Numbered from the whole stretch's first letter, positions 48,275 to 58,735 are shown. The stretch: 63,617 nt of DNA, filler included, from Deltaproteobacteria bacterium (GCA_030698575.1; 12 parts of 12 records of this genome joined end to end with filler, not necessarily neighbours in it); one strand, 5' to 3'. Made by a program: numbers and translations. The notes: generated by a model not told the origin, from the sequence alone.

Positions 48275-49287
48275 AGCGCGTCGGCCTTCCAGCGGATGGC
48301 CGCATCAGCGGGCATGCCGGGCACGAGGACCCGGTCAGGAGTCTCGTCGAGATAAAGTTTCACGGCCACCACCTGCTTCACGCGCTCTTCGCGGGTCTGC
48401 ACTTCCTTGGGCGTGAACTCGGACTGCGAGGCGATCTCGCGCACGGTGGCCGGGAAGGGGCGTTCGGGCATGGCGTCCACGTGGACATGCGCCGGGTTTC
48501 CGAGCTTCACGAGGCCGATCTGGGGCTCGGGGACGTAGGCCTTCATGTGGAGCCTGCCGAGATCGACGAGGATGACGATGGGCGAGCCGGCGGCCAGCAC
48601 CTCGCCCTCCTCGGCGACCTTGGTCATGACGATGCCCCGGGAGGGCGCCTGGATCTGCGTGTCGCCGAAGGTGGCTCGGGCCTCTTCGAGCGCGGCCTTG
48701 GCGCGCTCGAGATCGCCCGTGGCCGCCGCCACACGTGCTTCTGCGGCGGCTGCGGCCTGACGGGCCCCGCTGACCCGCTCCCGCGCCGCGCGCAGCTCGG
48801 CCTCGGCCACCTCGCGGGCGGTGCGGGCGTCGTCACGCATCGACTGCGCGACGACCCCCTGCTCGAACAGCTTCTCGACGCGGGTGGCGTCGGTTCGCGC
48901 CTTGCGGATCTGCGCGTCTCGCCCCGCCACCGCGGCCTCGGCCTGGCTGATGTCCTGGCGCGCCGCCGATGCCGCGCTGCGCGACGCATCGAGCGCGCTT
49001 CCCGCGGCCCTGGCGCCGGCCGCTGCCTGCTCCACACGCGCGACGATCTGCCCGGACTCCAGCTCCGCGATGAGCTGGCCCGCGGCGACATCGTCGCCCT
49101 CCTTTACCTTCATCGAGATGATGCGGCCGGGGATCTTGGCGGCCACCACCACCGAGTCGCCCTCGATGCGCCCGTTCACGATCACGATGCCGTCGGGGAT
49201 CTCGTCGTTTCCGAGGATCCAGTAACCGAGGCTGCCGACGCCCAGCGCGGCGGCGCCCACGACGCCGATGACGAAGTTGGATTTCAC
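48250..49287 (-). CDS. HlyD family periplasmic adaptor
   Basis: NGRIEG, coiled-coil hairpin, EFTPKEVQTREER, PGMPAD; AGGAG before GTG 49287. Confidence 0.9.
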   Translation of the reverse strand: MKSNFVIGVVGAAALGVGSLGYWILGNDEIPDGIVIVNGRIEGDSVVVAAKIPGRIISMKVKEGDDVAAGQLIAELESGQIVARVEQAAAGARAAGSALDASRSAASAARQDISQAEAAVAGRDAQIRKARTDATRVEKLFEQGVVAQSMRDDARTAREVAEAELRAARERVSGARQAAAAAEARVAAATGDLERAKAALEEARATFGDTQIQAPSRGIVMTKVAEEGEVLAAGSPIVILVDLGRLHMKAYVPEPQIGLVKLGNPAHVHVDAMPERPFPATVREIASQSEFTPKEVQTREERVKQVVAVKLYLDETPDRVLVPGMPADAAIRWKADALWINPFDR

Positions 49288-49738
49288 GCGTTGCGTCTCC
49301 TGGGCAGGGCGTCCGGGAAGATCTGAACATCTTTCAGTTTTATGGTGATTAATGCAAGGAATGTTCCGCACGACGGCCACTTCCCGAAGCCCCGGTCGGC
49401 GGTCCATTCGGCCCCGGATCCGAGGCTTGGGTCGCCCGGGTCTGCTCGATTCGGGCAGGATTAGCATTCGCTGGCGCAGATATTGCGCAGGGTATTGAGG
49501 GGCGGCGGCCCGAGCAGGGGAGGGTTGGCGAGGGAGGCCGGTTCCCTCCGGCGCGATTGTGAGGGGCCCGGGTCCGCCCGGTCGAACGTTGCGACTTGGT
49601 TTTAGTGACTGTCACCATTCTGTGTAGGCTGATCGATTTCTGAAGTTCCGTCAAGATGTCGCAGGATGCAGCGCGCAGGCGGATCATGTGCGTCGGAATC
49701 GTCGATCGGCGCTCGATGCGGGCAAACGGGCGTCCCGT

Positions 49739-49766
49739 TTGACTTTCCTTCCGCCCTTGCTACCAT
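49739..49766 (+). promoter_or_regulatory. Sigma70 promoter of the tRNA-Lys locus
   Basis: TTGACT-16-TACCAT with TG extension, 12 nt before the tRNA 5' end. Confidence 0.55.
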
Positions 49767-49778
49767 TCCGCGCGTTAC

Positions 49779-49821
49779 GGGCCGTTAGCTCAGTTGGTAG
49801 AGCATCGGACTTTTAATCCGA
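49779..49821 (+). tRNA. tRNA-Lys(UUU) 5' fragment, probable att site
   Basis: GGGCCGT-TA-GCTC-AGTTGGTA-GAGC-A-TCGGA-CTTTTAA-TCCGA, then no T-arm or 3' acceptor strand. Confidence 0.85.
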
Positions 49822-50016
49822 CAGGAGCGGATCGCGAGTTTTCCAGTGGATTCGCATAAGACAGCGAACCACCAAGAGAAACCCCAGTCTCCGGTGCGAA
49901 CTGGACGGACTGAAAAACACCCCGCGGACGCAATAACAGACGCGCGGCACCAAGAATATCCCGAAGGCGATTCGCTGGAGGCTCCCGGGCAGGAGCCTCT
50001 TCCATTTGGAGGCGGT

Positions 50017-50241
50017 ATGAACAGAAGGCGGGGCAAGGGGACCTACGGCGAGATCCAGAAGCATGTCAAGGGGCGTCATGGATTCACTGCGGAAACCTGC
50101 TGGATAGCCCACGTGAGGGAGCTAAATGGGCTTGCGACGCGACGGGCCTGGAATCGGAGGGGGGAGAAGCGGGAGAAGCCCTGCCCGCCCGGTAAGAGGG
50201 CGGCCATCGAGGAGGCCCTGCGCCATTTCGGGCTGATCTGA
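50017..50241 (+). CDS. Small basic hypothetical protein (74 aa)
   Basis: GGAGG RBS; TYGEIQKHVK...CWIAHV...CPPGKRAAIEEALRHFGLI. Confidence 0.7.
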   Translation: MNRRRGKGTYGEIQKHVKGRHGFTAETCWIAHVRELNGLATRRAWNRRGEKREKPCPPGKRAAIEEALRHFGLI

Positions 50242-50297
50242 GGGGTGCCGGAGACACAGAGGGACCCCCCGCTTCGAGGCGCGGAAACATTTTGGCA

Positions 50298-50346
50298 GAT
50301 TTTGGTTCCAAAATCGTTGACTGCCCGGGGCCGGGCCTCGTATAGT
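50298..50346 (+). promoter_or_regulatory. Promoter with adjacent operator palindrome
   Basis: GATTTTGG-TT-CCAAAATC abutting TTGACT-18-TATAGT. Confidence 0.6.
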
Positions 50347-50399
50347 GTGACGCAGGATTGAAGGGCCAGCCTTTCCGGCCCCGCCATAGAGCGAAATCG

Positions 50400-50496
50400 G
50401 GGAAAGGCTCGACGGCTGTACGCGACTCATCGAGGGGTCGCGTGCCGAAACCAGATCACGGTTGTGACCTGGAAGCCGTCGAGCCTTTCCCTTTTT
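50400..50496 (+). ncRNA. Three-way-junction structured RNA/attenuator candidate
   Basis: Perfect 18-bp closing stem, two internal hairpins, CGAAA junction, followed by TTTTT. Confidence 0.6.
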
Positions 50497-50513
50497 GCGT
50501 TGGAGGTTCGGAC

Positions 50514-50738
50514 ATGCAGTTGACGTTTGAGGAACGACTGAAGGTGCTCATAGACCGAAGCGGACGACCTCACTTTGCTATCGCGGTGGAGGCTGGACTA
50601 TCACCCGCTCGTTTGTCGCGCATCCTGCGGTGCCGGGCAGCAGATGGTTTGACGGCCGAGGAGCGGTTGGGTCTCTCAAGGGCTCTCAACTTGCCCGAGA
50701 GGGAACTTGCCGAAGACGGACGTTCCAGCACCGCGTAG
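50514..50738 (+). CDS. XRE/Cro-like HTH protein
   Basis: GGAGG RBS; IAVEAGLSPARLSRIL...LSRALN. Confidence 0.7.
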   Translation: MQLTFEERLKVLIDRSGRPHFAIAVEAGLSPARLSRILRCRAADGLTAEERLGLSRALNLPERELAEDGRSSTA

Positions 50739-50750
50739 GCAGGTGCGGAA

Positions 50751-50960
50751 GTGGATACCGAGATGACGCGGTTGTTCGATGCCAAGATGCTACGCGATCA
50801 CGTACCGCTAGGGCGGACGAAACTTTACGAACTGATGCGTCAAGTTCGACACGTTCGCATCGGCGGCCGCTTGTTTATCCGCGAAGACGACTTCGAGGAG
50901 TTGATCGAACGGCTCACGATAGAAGGCGAGCGGTACTCCCCCGGCAAGAAGAAAAATTGA
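50751..50960 (+). CDS. Excisionase/AlpA-like winged HTH protein
   Basis: LGRTKLYELM...VRIGGRLFIREDDFEELI. Confidence 0.7.
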   Translation: MDTEMTRLFDAKMLRDHVPLGRTKLYELMRQVRHVRIGGRLFIREDDFEELIERLTIEGERYSPGKKKN

Positions 50961-51022
50961 CCCGCGCGAAATGCGAACGCCGCCCCCGGCGAAGGGATAG
51001 GCGGCGGTCGCGGAGGTGAACG

Positions 51023-51347
51023 ATGGCGACGAAGCTACCATACTCAACGGACACTGGACAAGCCCCCGACGCCGCGTCCGTCCCGTCCCTCCGGCCCTTC
51101 GGGGGCTGGCCCATGATCCCAAGCCTTTTCTGCCTTCTCTTGCGGCTTGAAGCCGTGCGTTTCGCGGGCACTGGCCGCTGGATCGCGCGTTGTCCTGCGC
51201 ACGCAGACCGATCCCCCAGCTTGAGCATCGGCGAGGGTGAAGACGGCCGGGTCCTGCTCCACTGCTTCGCCGGTTGCAGGGCGGGAGAAATCTGCGCAGT
51301 GCTGGGGCTGGAACTTCGCGACCTCTTCCCGCCGCCTAAACGTGGGC
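51023..51347 (+). CDS. Primase-type Zn-binding domain protein (3'-truncated)
   Basis: WIARCPAHADRSPSLSI...VLLHCFAGC...LGLELRDLF. Confidence 0.78.
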
Positions 51348-51447
51348 NNNNNNNNNNNNNNNNNNNNNNNNNNNNNNNNNNNNNNNNNNNNTTAATTAAT
51401 TAANNNNNNNNNNNNNNNNNNNNNNNNNNNNNNNNNNNNNNNNNNNN

Positions 51448-51669
51448 TCGACGGTGGGAAGCTCGTCGAAGGCGACGGGGTTGCTGGCGCTCGACCATCC
51501 CGTGATGCTCGTCGGGCTCCGGGAGATCGGCGCGATGGTGATCGACGTGAAGGGTGGGCGCCTCGATGCGACCTGGATCCAGCGGGGCGGCACGATCGTC
51601 GATACGTTCACGATCCTGAAGGGGGGCAAGGACGAAGGCGATTTCATGCCGAACGCCAACGACAACTGA
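51448..51669 (+). CDS. C-terminus of a metallophosphoesterase-like protein
   Basis: GSSS...LDHPVM...IDV.GGRLD...VDTFTI pattern; 5'-truncated. Confidence 0.5.
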   Translation, partial: STVGSSSKATGLLALDHPVMLVGLREIGAMVIDVKGGRLDATWIQRGGTIVDTFTILKGGKDEGDFMPNANDN

Positions 51670-51702
51670 GTTTCGGCGGCGAACGCCGGGCTGGAGGTGA
51701 GA

Positions 51703-52581
51703 TCAGCGGAGAGCGACCACCCAGCTATAGAACACCGTCGCAAGCGCGGCGATGCCGAGGGTCCACTGAAGGCGGGCTCCGGGCGGACGAGGAAATGCGA
51801 TCCCGGCGAAGAGCCCGAGAACGCATCCCAGCAGGAAGCCAAAGAGGTGCGCCCCGAGATCGACGCGTGGTCCCGCGGTGCCCAACCACGCAAGGAGCGC
51901 CAGGCCGGCGGCGAAGGGAACCCACGCGCGCCGGCCGCCCGCTTCCGTTCGGCGGCGCCGTGCGACACCCAGGCCGCCCAGTATGCCGAGTGCACCGAAT
52001 AAGGCGGTCGAGGCGCCCACCGAGTTGTGAGGCGCGCTCTGGAGGAGGGCGTTCACGAAATTCCCTCCGGCTCCCGCGAGCAGAATGAGGGCGCCGCCAA
52101 GCCCCACACCGAGGAGACGAAAAGAGGCGCTCAGAAAGATGGCGCCCATGATCGCGTTGCCGAGCACGTGCAGGACGTCAGTGTGCAATGTGAGAGCGGT
52201 TACCGTGAGCCAGAGATCGCCGTTCACGATCCTCCCGGCATCCGCGCTGCCGCGTTCGAACCAGAGCACCGCCGGATTCCGGGAACCCGTCACAAGAAAC
52301 AATACAAGGAGCGCCACCGAAACGGCGAGCCCGGCCAGCAAGTGACCCGAGCCGGCGGGCGCGTGCTCTTCCTGCACCTCTCCCCTGTTCTCACGAACGT
52401 AGCGAAAGAGGGCGGTGGCTGCGCGCTCGGCATCTCCGACCGGTACGCCGAGGGCGAAGCCCTCTTGCGTGCGCCGCACGCTCGCGGATATGCCCTGTGT
52501 GGCGAGAACGAGCGCCCACTCCTCGGCCACTTTACGCCCCGGAGCGATCCGCAGAAGAATCTCTCTTTCCCGATAGATCAT
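51703..52581 (-). CDS. Rhomboid intramembrane serine protease
   Basis: HVLGN, VGASTA catalytic Ser, AHLFG catalytic His; start uncertain. Confidence 0.88.
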   Translation of the reverse strand: MIYREREILLRIAPGRKVAEEWALVLATQGISASVRRTQEGFALGVPVGDAERAATALFRYVRENRGEVQEEHAPAGSGHLLAGLAVSVALLVLFLVTGSRNPAVLWFERGSADAGRIVNGDLWLTVTALTLHTDVLHVLGNAIMGAIFLSASFRLLGVGLGGALILLAGAGGNFVNALLQSAPHNSVGASTALFGALGILGGLGVARRRRTEAGGRRAWVPFAAGLALLAWLGTAGPRVDLGAHLFGFLLGCVLGLFAGIAFPRPPGARLQWTLGIAALATVFYSWVVALR

Positions 52582-52940
52582 GGCGTCAATGAACTGCCCC
52601 TTCCGGTAGCGCCGGACGATCGATCGAGCTTTGCCTCGAGCGCTCCCGTGATCCAGTATTTCAATCGAAACACGTTTGAGCAATAGCAGGGTTCAACGCA
52701 CCCCGAAGTTGCCGAGGATTTCGCAGGAACCGACTTCTTGAGGTGGCCAGGTGCTTCCCTGGACCGGCTTCCGAGAAGCCCAAAAATTCCAATGCGGACG
52801 GGGGTTCTTGGAAGGAGAGAGCAGGATTCCTGGGCCACGCCTTTTAACCGGGGTCTTCAGATCTGCGCAGGAATCACAGGTTGACAAGTCTGCCAAACCG
52901 TACCAAAATAGAGGCCAACCTGGCAGCATGGAGTAGCGTG

Positions 52941-53390
52941 ATGGCAGCCGAAGCGAAGAGAGTGGTGGACCTCCTTGGCGGAGCGAAAGTCCTTGGGGCG
53001 AAGGTTCGAACACTGGAGGATCTGAAGGCCAGGATACGTGAGGGGCTACCTTATAAGGCGGTTGCCGCCGTCGCGAAGGCGATCGAGGGCAACGGCATCA
53101 AGGAAGAAGAACTGTCGGAAGCACTTGGACTGCCAACTCTTCGCACCCTCCGGCGACGAAAGAAGCGCAACAAGCTGGAGCCTGGGGAATCGGATCGACT
53201 CGTCAGAATGGCGAGAATTGTAGCCAAGGCAATCGAGGTCCTTGGGAGCAACGAAAAGGCCGGTACGTGGCTGGATAGGCCCAACCGAGCCTTGGGCGGG
53301 AAAAAGCCTTTGGCCCTGCTTGATACCGATATCGGCGTAGAGCAGGTTGGGGACGTTCTAGGGCGTATGGAATACGGAGTCTATAGTTAG
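52941..53390 (+). CDS. Xre/MbcA/ParS antitoxin
   Basis: GLP, RTLRRR, ESDRLVR, WLDRPNRALGG..PL.LLDTDIG, GVYS end; TTGACA at 52881. Confidence 0.9.
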   Translation: MAAEAKRVVDLLGGAKVLGAKVRTLEDLKARIREGLPYKAVAAVAKAIEGNGIKEEELSEALGLPTLRTLRRRKKRNKLEPGESDRLVRMARIVAKAIEVLGSNEKAGTWLDRPNRALGGKKPLALLDTDIGVEQVGDVLGRMEYGVYS

Positions 53391-53860
53391 TGATAGTATG
53401 GCGGCTTTGTCGCAAGAAACATTCAAGGACTCCTTTGGACGGAGAAGGTGCCAAGAAATATGGAGGACGCTGGAACCACAAGGGCCTTCAGCTGGTGTAT
53501 TGTTCTTCGACATTGTCGCTCTGTACGCTCGAGTATCTTGTTCATTTGCAAGCGGATCTGATGCCGGCCGATCTTGTCTCCATCTCGATCGAACTACCTG
53601 ATTCTATATCGATCAAGAATGTTGAACTGAAACACCTTCCTCGGGGCTGGCAAAAGTACCCCGCGCCTTCCGAACTTCAAGACCTCGGAACAAAGTGGGC
53701 GAAAAGTAGACACAGTCTTGCCCTGCGTGTTCCCTCTTCTCTGATACCTGTTGAGTACAACTACATTTTGAATCCTGATCACGCGGAATTTACAAAAGTT
53801 ATCATCAAAGAGACCGAGCCCTTCAAGTTCGACCCAAGACTTGTAGGAAAGAGAAATTGA
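53390..53860 (+). CDS. RES domain toxin (NAD+ phosphorylase-like)
   Basis: WRL, GGRWN, TLEYLVH, VPSS, NYILNPDH, FDPRL. Confidence 0.92.
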   Translation: MIVWRLCRKKHSRTPLDGEGAKKYGGRWNHKGLQLVYCSSTLSLCTLEYLVHLQADLMPADLVSISIELPDSISIKNVELKHLPRGWQKYPAPSELQDLGTKWAKSRHSLALRVPSSLIPVEYNYILNPDHAEFTKVIIKETEPFKFDPRLVGKRN

Positions 53861-53912
53861 GCAGGCAGCCTGCCCCTTCAAGAAGCGTCCGCCCTCCCGC
53901 CGTATTTTTCGT

Positions 53913-53942
53913 TTGACAACGTATAATCTGCATTCGTACTAT
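53913..53942 (+). promoter_or_regulatory. Sigma70 promoter of the MarR-activase operon
   Basis: TTGACA-18-TACTAT in an AT-rich patch. Confidence 0.5.
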
Positions 53943-54015
53943 ATGGCTTCGGATAATTAACCGACCGGGAAACCTAGCGCTCCCCCTCCACCGGGGCCCA
54001 GGGGCCCGCCTTTCC

Positions 54016-54477
54016 ATGCCGATGATCCGACCTCACGACTGTTTCTATTACCTGATCTCCAGAGCAACGCTGGTGGCGACCTCGGTCCTCAAGATGGAGT
54101 TCGAGGCCGCCGGTGTGCCGGAGGTGCGGCCGGCCTACCTGGGCGTGCTGCTGACGCTCTGGAACGAGGACCGCCTGGGATCCCTGGAGCTGGGGCGGCG
54201 GGCGGGGCTGGAGCCTTCCAGCATGACGAGCCTCGTCGACCGCATGGAGCGCGATGAGTTGATCCGCCGGGAGGCCGACCCCGGGGACCGGCGGGCGCAG
54301 CGAATCTGCCTCACCCCGACGGGCAAGCGCTGCCAGCAGAAGGTTCTGGAGGTCGTGGACTGCACGCTGGCCAAGGGAACCCGGGGCGTCTCCAGCAAGG
54401 AAATCTCACGAACCAAGGAAATCCTCCAACACTTCCTGACGAACCTGCATGAAGAGAAGAGAGGGAGCCATGAGTAG
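54016..54477 (+). CDS. MarR family regulator
   Basis: [28 protein letters not shown]. Confidence 0.9.
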   Translation: MPMIRPHDCFYYLISRATLVATSVLKMEFEAAGVPEVRPAYLGVLLTLWNEDRLGSLELGRRAGLEPSSMTSLVDRMERDELIRREADPGDRRAQRICLTPTGKRCQQKVLEVVDCTLAKGTRGVSSKEISRTKEILQHFLTNLHEEKRGSHE

Positions 54478-57400
54478 CAGAATCGCCGGCTGCGACCTGG
54501 GCAAAGCTTCCGCGAGTTTCGTGATCGCGCGTGTGCAAGATGGGGGCGAGACCGTCATCGAAGACGTCCAGTACCTTCTTCACGAAGGGAAACCTCTGGA
54601 TCTCTTCCGCCAGTGGTACCACGAGAAGAACGTGGCCGGCTGCAGAGCCCTGGGGGCGACGGGGATCTACGCCGATGAGCTGACCGAACCGGTTCTGATG
54701 CTTCCCGAGGACTCCTGCCAGGAGGCGGCGCTCGAGCAGCTTCCCGGTCTCGAGGCGTCCCTGAACCTGGTGAGCATCGGCGCGCACGGCTACGGGGTCC
54801 TGAGCCGCAAGCCTCGGGGCCCGGGCCGGTCGGGTGGCAACGGGAACGGGTCCGCGTTTTCCTACCAGTACCTGGAGAACGACAAGTGCTCCTCCGGTAC
54901 CGGTGAGAACATCAAGAAGATCGTCGGCCGCTTCGGCCTGAGCATCGAGGAAGCTGATGCGCTGGCGCTATCCGCGCCCGAAAGCATTCCGATCACCGCG
55001 CGCTGCTCCGTCTTCGCCAAGAGCGAGATGACCCACTTCGCGAATCAGGGCAAGCCCACCGGTGAGCTCTTCAAGGGCTTCTTCGCATCGGTGGCCCGGA
55101 ACACGCGGGCTCTCCTGGCGAGAAACCACGTCGACGGCCCCGTCTATCTGATCGGCGGGCCTGCCCGTATTCGTTCGATCAAGGAATCCTTCGAGGCGCT
55201 TCTGGGGCAGCAGGTCATTTGCCCGCCCCACTTCCTCTCCTTCGAGGCGGTGGGCGCGGCGGCCCTTGCGGCGGAGCAGGCCGCGTCTGCTTTGCTGGGC
55301 GTGCTTCCCGAAAATCCAGACGACATCATCCAGAACCGGGAGCGGCGGTTCACGGTGCTCGAGCCCGCCAGCCGCTGGAAAGAGAAAGTCACGCTCATGC
55401 CCGAGGCCGAGCCGGAGCCGGAGGCGATGGGCCAGCCCGCCATCCTCGGCCTGGATCTGGGTTCAACCGGCGCGAAGGCGGTGCTGACCTCGGTGGAGAC
55501 CGGAAGGCCCGTGCTGGACATCTTCGATCGGACCAAGGGGAACCCGGTGGATGCCGCCCGCAGGCTCGTGAAGGCGGTCCTCGATCGCTGCACGCCGGAC
55601 ATCCGGGCAATCGGCATCACCGGCTCGGGCCGCGAGGCCGTGGCGACGCTCCTGCGGACGGTCTTCCCCGACAGCGATCGCATCGTGGTCCTGAACGAGA
55701 TCGTGGCGCATGCGCGGGCGGCGATCCTCTGCGACCCGGACGGCGGCGACGATCTGTCGGTGATCGAGATCGGCGGACAGGACGCGAAGTACATCCGTAT
55801 CCAGGGCGGCAGGATTGTCGAGAGCGACATGAACAAGGCCTGCAGCGCGGGCACCGGTTCGTTCCTCGAGGAGCAGGCGCTCTTCTACGATATCACCGAG
55901 ATCCCCGAGTTCATCCGCCTGGCCACGGAGGCCACGCGGCCGCCGGATCTCGGCTCGATGTGCACCGTCTACGTGGCGGACGCGGGGGCGCAGGCGCTCA
56001 AGGATGGTTTCGATCTCTCGGACATCTTCGCCGGTTTTCAGTACTCGGTGGTGCACAACTACCTGAACCGGGTCATGGGACAGCGGACGCTGAGCAGGAA
56101 GATCTTCTTCCAGGGCAAACCCGCGTCCAATCCCTCGCTGGCATGGACCCTGGGCGCCGTGACGGGGCGGGAGATCGTCGTTCCCCCCAACCCGGGCGCC
56201 ATGGGGGCCTGGGGCATCGGGCTTTGCGCGACGGAGCAGATCGGCGCCGAGGCGCTGCGCACGGCGGAGCCGCTGAACGTCGAATCGATCCTCGACGCCG
56301 AGATCACCGCCCGCTCGGAGTTCCGCTGCAAGGATCCGAAGTGCCAGACGCTCTGCCCGATCGAGCGCACCACGATCTCGATGGGCCCGGAAACAAGGGT
56401 GGCGGTGTCGGGCGGCGCGTGCCCGAAGTTCGAGCTGGCGACGAAGAACCAGCCAAAGCTCGAGAAGGAGGCGCCCAATCCCTTCGAGCTGAGAGAGAAG
56501 CTGGTCCGGTCCTTCGTCAAGGAGAGCCCAGCGGGGCGCGTCGTCGCGCTTCCCGCGGCCGGGGCCACGAACGGCCACATCCCGTGGCTCGCGACGTTCC
56601 TGGCCGAGCTGGGGTTCTCGGTGCGGCTGCTCGAGTCCGACGCCTTCTCACTGGCGAACGGGGAGCAGCTCTGCCACAGCTTCGACTCCTGCGGGCCGAC
56701 CAAGATCACCCACGCTATCTGCGACACCGACGCCGGGCTGCTCTTCTTCCCCAAGATCCTCGACGTCGCCGATCCGGATGGCCCGGGCGGGCAGACCTGC
56801 GTCACCGAGCAGGCCATGCCCGAGATCATCGAGCAATCGCTCCGGTCACGGGGCCGCGAGGTCACCGTTGTTCGCCCTGCTCTCTCCTTCGCGGATGGAC
56901 TGGATAGCCCGAAGCTGGTCGAGAGCCTGAAGCGGGAGGCGAAGCGCCTCGGCGTGAGCGCCGATGCGATCGCCCCAGCCGTGGAGAGGGCGGCCAAGGC
57001 GCAGGTGCGCTGCAAGGAAGCGCTCGAGCGCATCGGTGAGGAGGCCATCGACTACGCGCGATCGCACCAGATTCCCATCGTGCTGCTGTGCGGCCACCTG
57101 CACGTCATCCACGACCCGGGCATCAACGCCAATCTTCCCCTGCAGCTCCGGCGGAACGGCGCGATGGCCATCCCCGTCGACTGCTTCACGATCGATCCCG
57201 ACACCCCGCTCATGCCCAAGGTGTACTGGGGAGACCCCAACCGATTCATGCGCGCGGCCGCCTGCGCGCGCGAGGCAGGCGACATCTTCCCACTTCTGCT
57301 CTGCTCCTTCGGGTGCGGGCCCAGTTCCTTGAACGAGCAGGTCTTCCAGTCGTTGCTCGAAGGCTACCCGAACACCGTTCTCGAAAGTGACGGACACGGC

Positions 57401-58735
57401 GGCGCCGCCGGCTACGTGACGCGGATCCAGGCTTTCCTGCACTCCGTCCACCAGTACCTCGCGAAGAAGGAAGGCTACGCGCTCCCGGACAACCGGAAGA
57501 TCCTCTCTTACGTCGATCATAACCCCCGCACCGGTCCTTACCTCGACAGGAGCGTGCGCTACGTCTTCCTGAGCGCGGCGGATTACTTCGGCGACGTCTT
57601 CGCGGCCGTGTACCGCGCCTTCGGCTACGACGCCGTGGCCGCCGCGCCCCTCTCCAAGTCCAATTTCGATTGCGGCCAGCGGGACTGCTCGGGCAAGGAG
57701 TGCCTCTCCTACCAGTTGATCTGGGGAGCTTTCCGCGAGTATCTCGAGAACAATCCCTCGGAAAAGGAGACGCGGCTCGTTCAGATCACGGGCGAGATGT
57801 GTCGTGCGGGTCTGTTCGGCGTGAAGGACTGCATTTCACTCGGCAAGATGGGCCTGGACGATCACGTCGGCGTCACCGGGCTCCGGGTGGCCGGCGGTCC
57901 CGCGATGACGGCGCTCGCCTGGACCGGGCTCGTGGCCATAGATCTTCTGAGGCAGCTGTATGTCTACCACATTGCCGCGGAGACAAGAGGCGGCGAAGCG
58001 GAAGAGATGTATCGCGGGCACTGTGCAGAGGTCCTGAAAGCGCTCGAGCAGCCGGTCCCGAACGGGCAAGCAAAGCTCGCCGACTTCAGGAAGTCCTGGA
58101 GGGCCGTCACGGTGATCCTGGACCGGGCCTCACGCGACTTCGCGCAGCTCGAAAAAAGCGATGCGAGTGGTAACTCGTTCCGAAGGGTGTTCGTCTCCGG
58201 CGACATCATGACCAAGGGGAACGATTTCGCGAACGGCCATCTCTACCATTCCCTGAGCCGGAAGAAGTTGCGGCCGGTCGTTGAGCCCATGTGCGACTTT
58301 CTGGAGTACCTTGCTCGCCAGCAACCGCACCTCCTCTTCGGAAAAGGCGCGCCCGCCGGCCAGGTGCGCGTGTACATGGCCAGCATGATTCTGATCCGCT
58401 GGCGGCTCTATTCCCGGATACGGAAGCATCACCCCTGGCTCCCGATGCCGAACGTGAGGGGCGCGCTGAAGAAGACGAAACTGCTGCTGGATCCCACCAC
58501 GGTGGGCGGTGCCGCGCTGGCCGTCGGCAGCGTGTTGCATCAGTGGGAAACGGGGCTGTACGACGGGATCGTCATGGCCGCCTGCTGGGGCTGCGACAAC
58601 GGCCTGGTGGGCGAGAGCCTGCTCCGCCCGCAAAAGGACATCCCTTTCTTCTTCTTCTACGACGATGGAAGCCCCATCGACGAGCGGCGCATCAACAGCT
58701 TCGCGTTCCGGCTCCACAGGCGGGGCCTGGCTTGA
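54470..58735 (+). CDS. Large acyl-CoA dehydratase activase fusion (two ASKHA activase domains plus dehydratase-like region)
   Basis: DKCSSGTG and RCSVFAKS; second domain [34 protein letters not shown]. Confidence 0.88.
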   Translation: MSSRIAGCDLGKASASFVIARVQDGGETVIEDVQYLLHEGKPLDLFRQWYHEKNVAGCRALGATGIYADELTEPVLMLPEDSCQEAALEQLPGLEASLNLVSIGAHGYGVLSRKPRGPGRSGGNGNGSAFSYQYLENDKCSSGTGENIKKIVGRFGLSIEEADALALSAPESIPITARCSVFAKSEMTHFANQGKPTGELFKGFFASVARNTRALLARNHVDGPVYLIGGPARIRSIKESFEALLGQQVICPPHFLSFEAVGAAALAAEQAASALLGVLPENPDDIIQNRERRFTVLEPASRWKEKVTLMPEAEPEPEAMGQPAILGLDLGSTGAKAVLTSVETGRPVLDIFDRTKGNPVDAARRLVKAVLDRCTPDIRAIGITGSGREAVATLLRTVFPDSDRIVVLNEIVAHARAAILCDPDGGDDLSVIEIGGQDAKYIRIQGGRIVESDMNKACSAGTGSFLEEQALFYDITEIPEFIRLATEATRPPDLGSMCTVYVADAGAQALKDGFDLSDIFAGFQYSVVHNYLNRVMGQRTLSRKIFFQGKPASNPSLAWTLGAVTGREIVVPPNPGAMGAWGIGLCATEQIGAEALRTAEPLNVESILDAEITARSEFRCKDPKCQTLCPIERTTISMGPETRVAVSGGACPKFELATKNQPKLEKEAPNPFELREKLVRSFVKESPAGRVVALPAAGATNGHIPWLATFLAELGFSVRLLESDAFSLANGEQLCHSFDSCGPTKITHAICDTDAGLLFFPKILDVADPDGPGGQTCVTEQAMPEIIEQSLRSRGREVTVVRPALSFADGLDSPKLVESLKREAKRLGVSADAIAPAVERAAKAQVRCKEALERIGEEAIDYARSHQIPIVLLCGHLHVIHDPGINANLPLQLRRNGAMAIPVDCFTIDPDTPLMPKVYWGDPNRFMRAAACAREAGDIFPLLLCSFGCGPSSLNEQVFQSLLEGYPNTVLESDGHGGAAGYVTRIQAFLHSVHQYLAKKEGYALPDNRKILSYVDHNPRTGPYLDRSVRYVFLSAADYFGDVFAAVYRAFGYDAVAAAPLSKSNFDCGQRDCSGKECLSYQLIWGAFREYLENNPSEKETRLVQITGEMCRAGLFGVKDCISLGKMGLDDHVGVTGLRVAGGPAMTALAWTGLVAIDLLRQLYVYHIAAETRGGEAEEMYRGHCAEVLKALEQPVPNGQAKLADFRKSWRAVTVILDRASRDFAQLEKSDASGNSFRRVFVSGDIMTKGNDFANGHLYHSLSRKKLRPVVEPMCDFLEYLARQQPHLLFGKGAPAGQVRVYMASMILIRWRLYSRIRKHHPWLPMPNVRGALKKTKLLLDPTTVGGAALAVGSVLHQWETGLYDGIVMAACWGCDNGLVGESLLRPQKDIPFFFFYDDGSPIDERRINSFAFRLHRRGLA

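Larger units (their letters stand above)
49822..51347 (+). mobile_element. End of an integrated phage-satellite/ICE-like element
   Basis: Starts at the broken tRNA; small HTH genes, an excisionase-like gene and a primase Zn-finger; no integrase on this contig. Confidence 0.7.

Noticed and set aside
49779-49870. Intact or intron-containing tRNA-Lys
   Set aside because: No T-arm or acceptor 3' strand seen on the contig, and the break is after the anticodon stem, not in the loop
50400-50491. Hammerhead ribozyme
   Set aside because: Has a CGAAA junction but lacks the CUGANGA core
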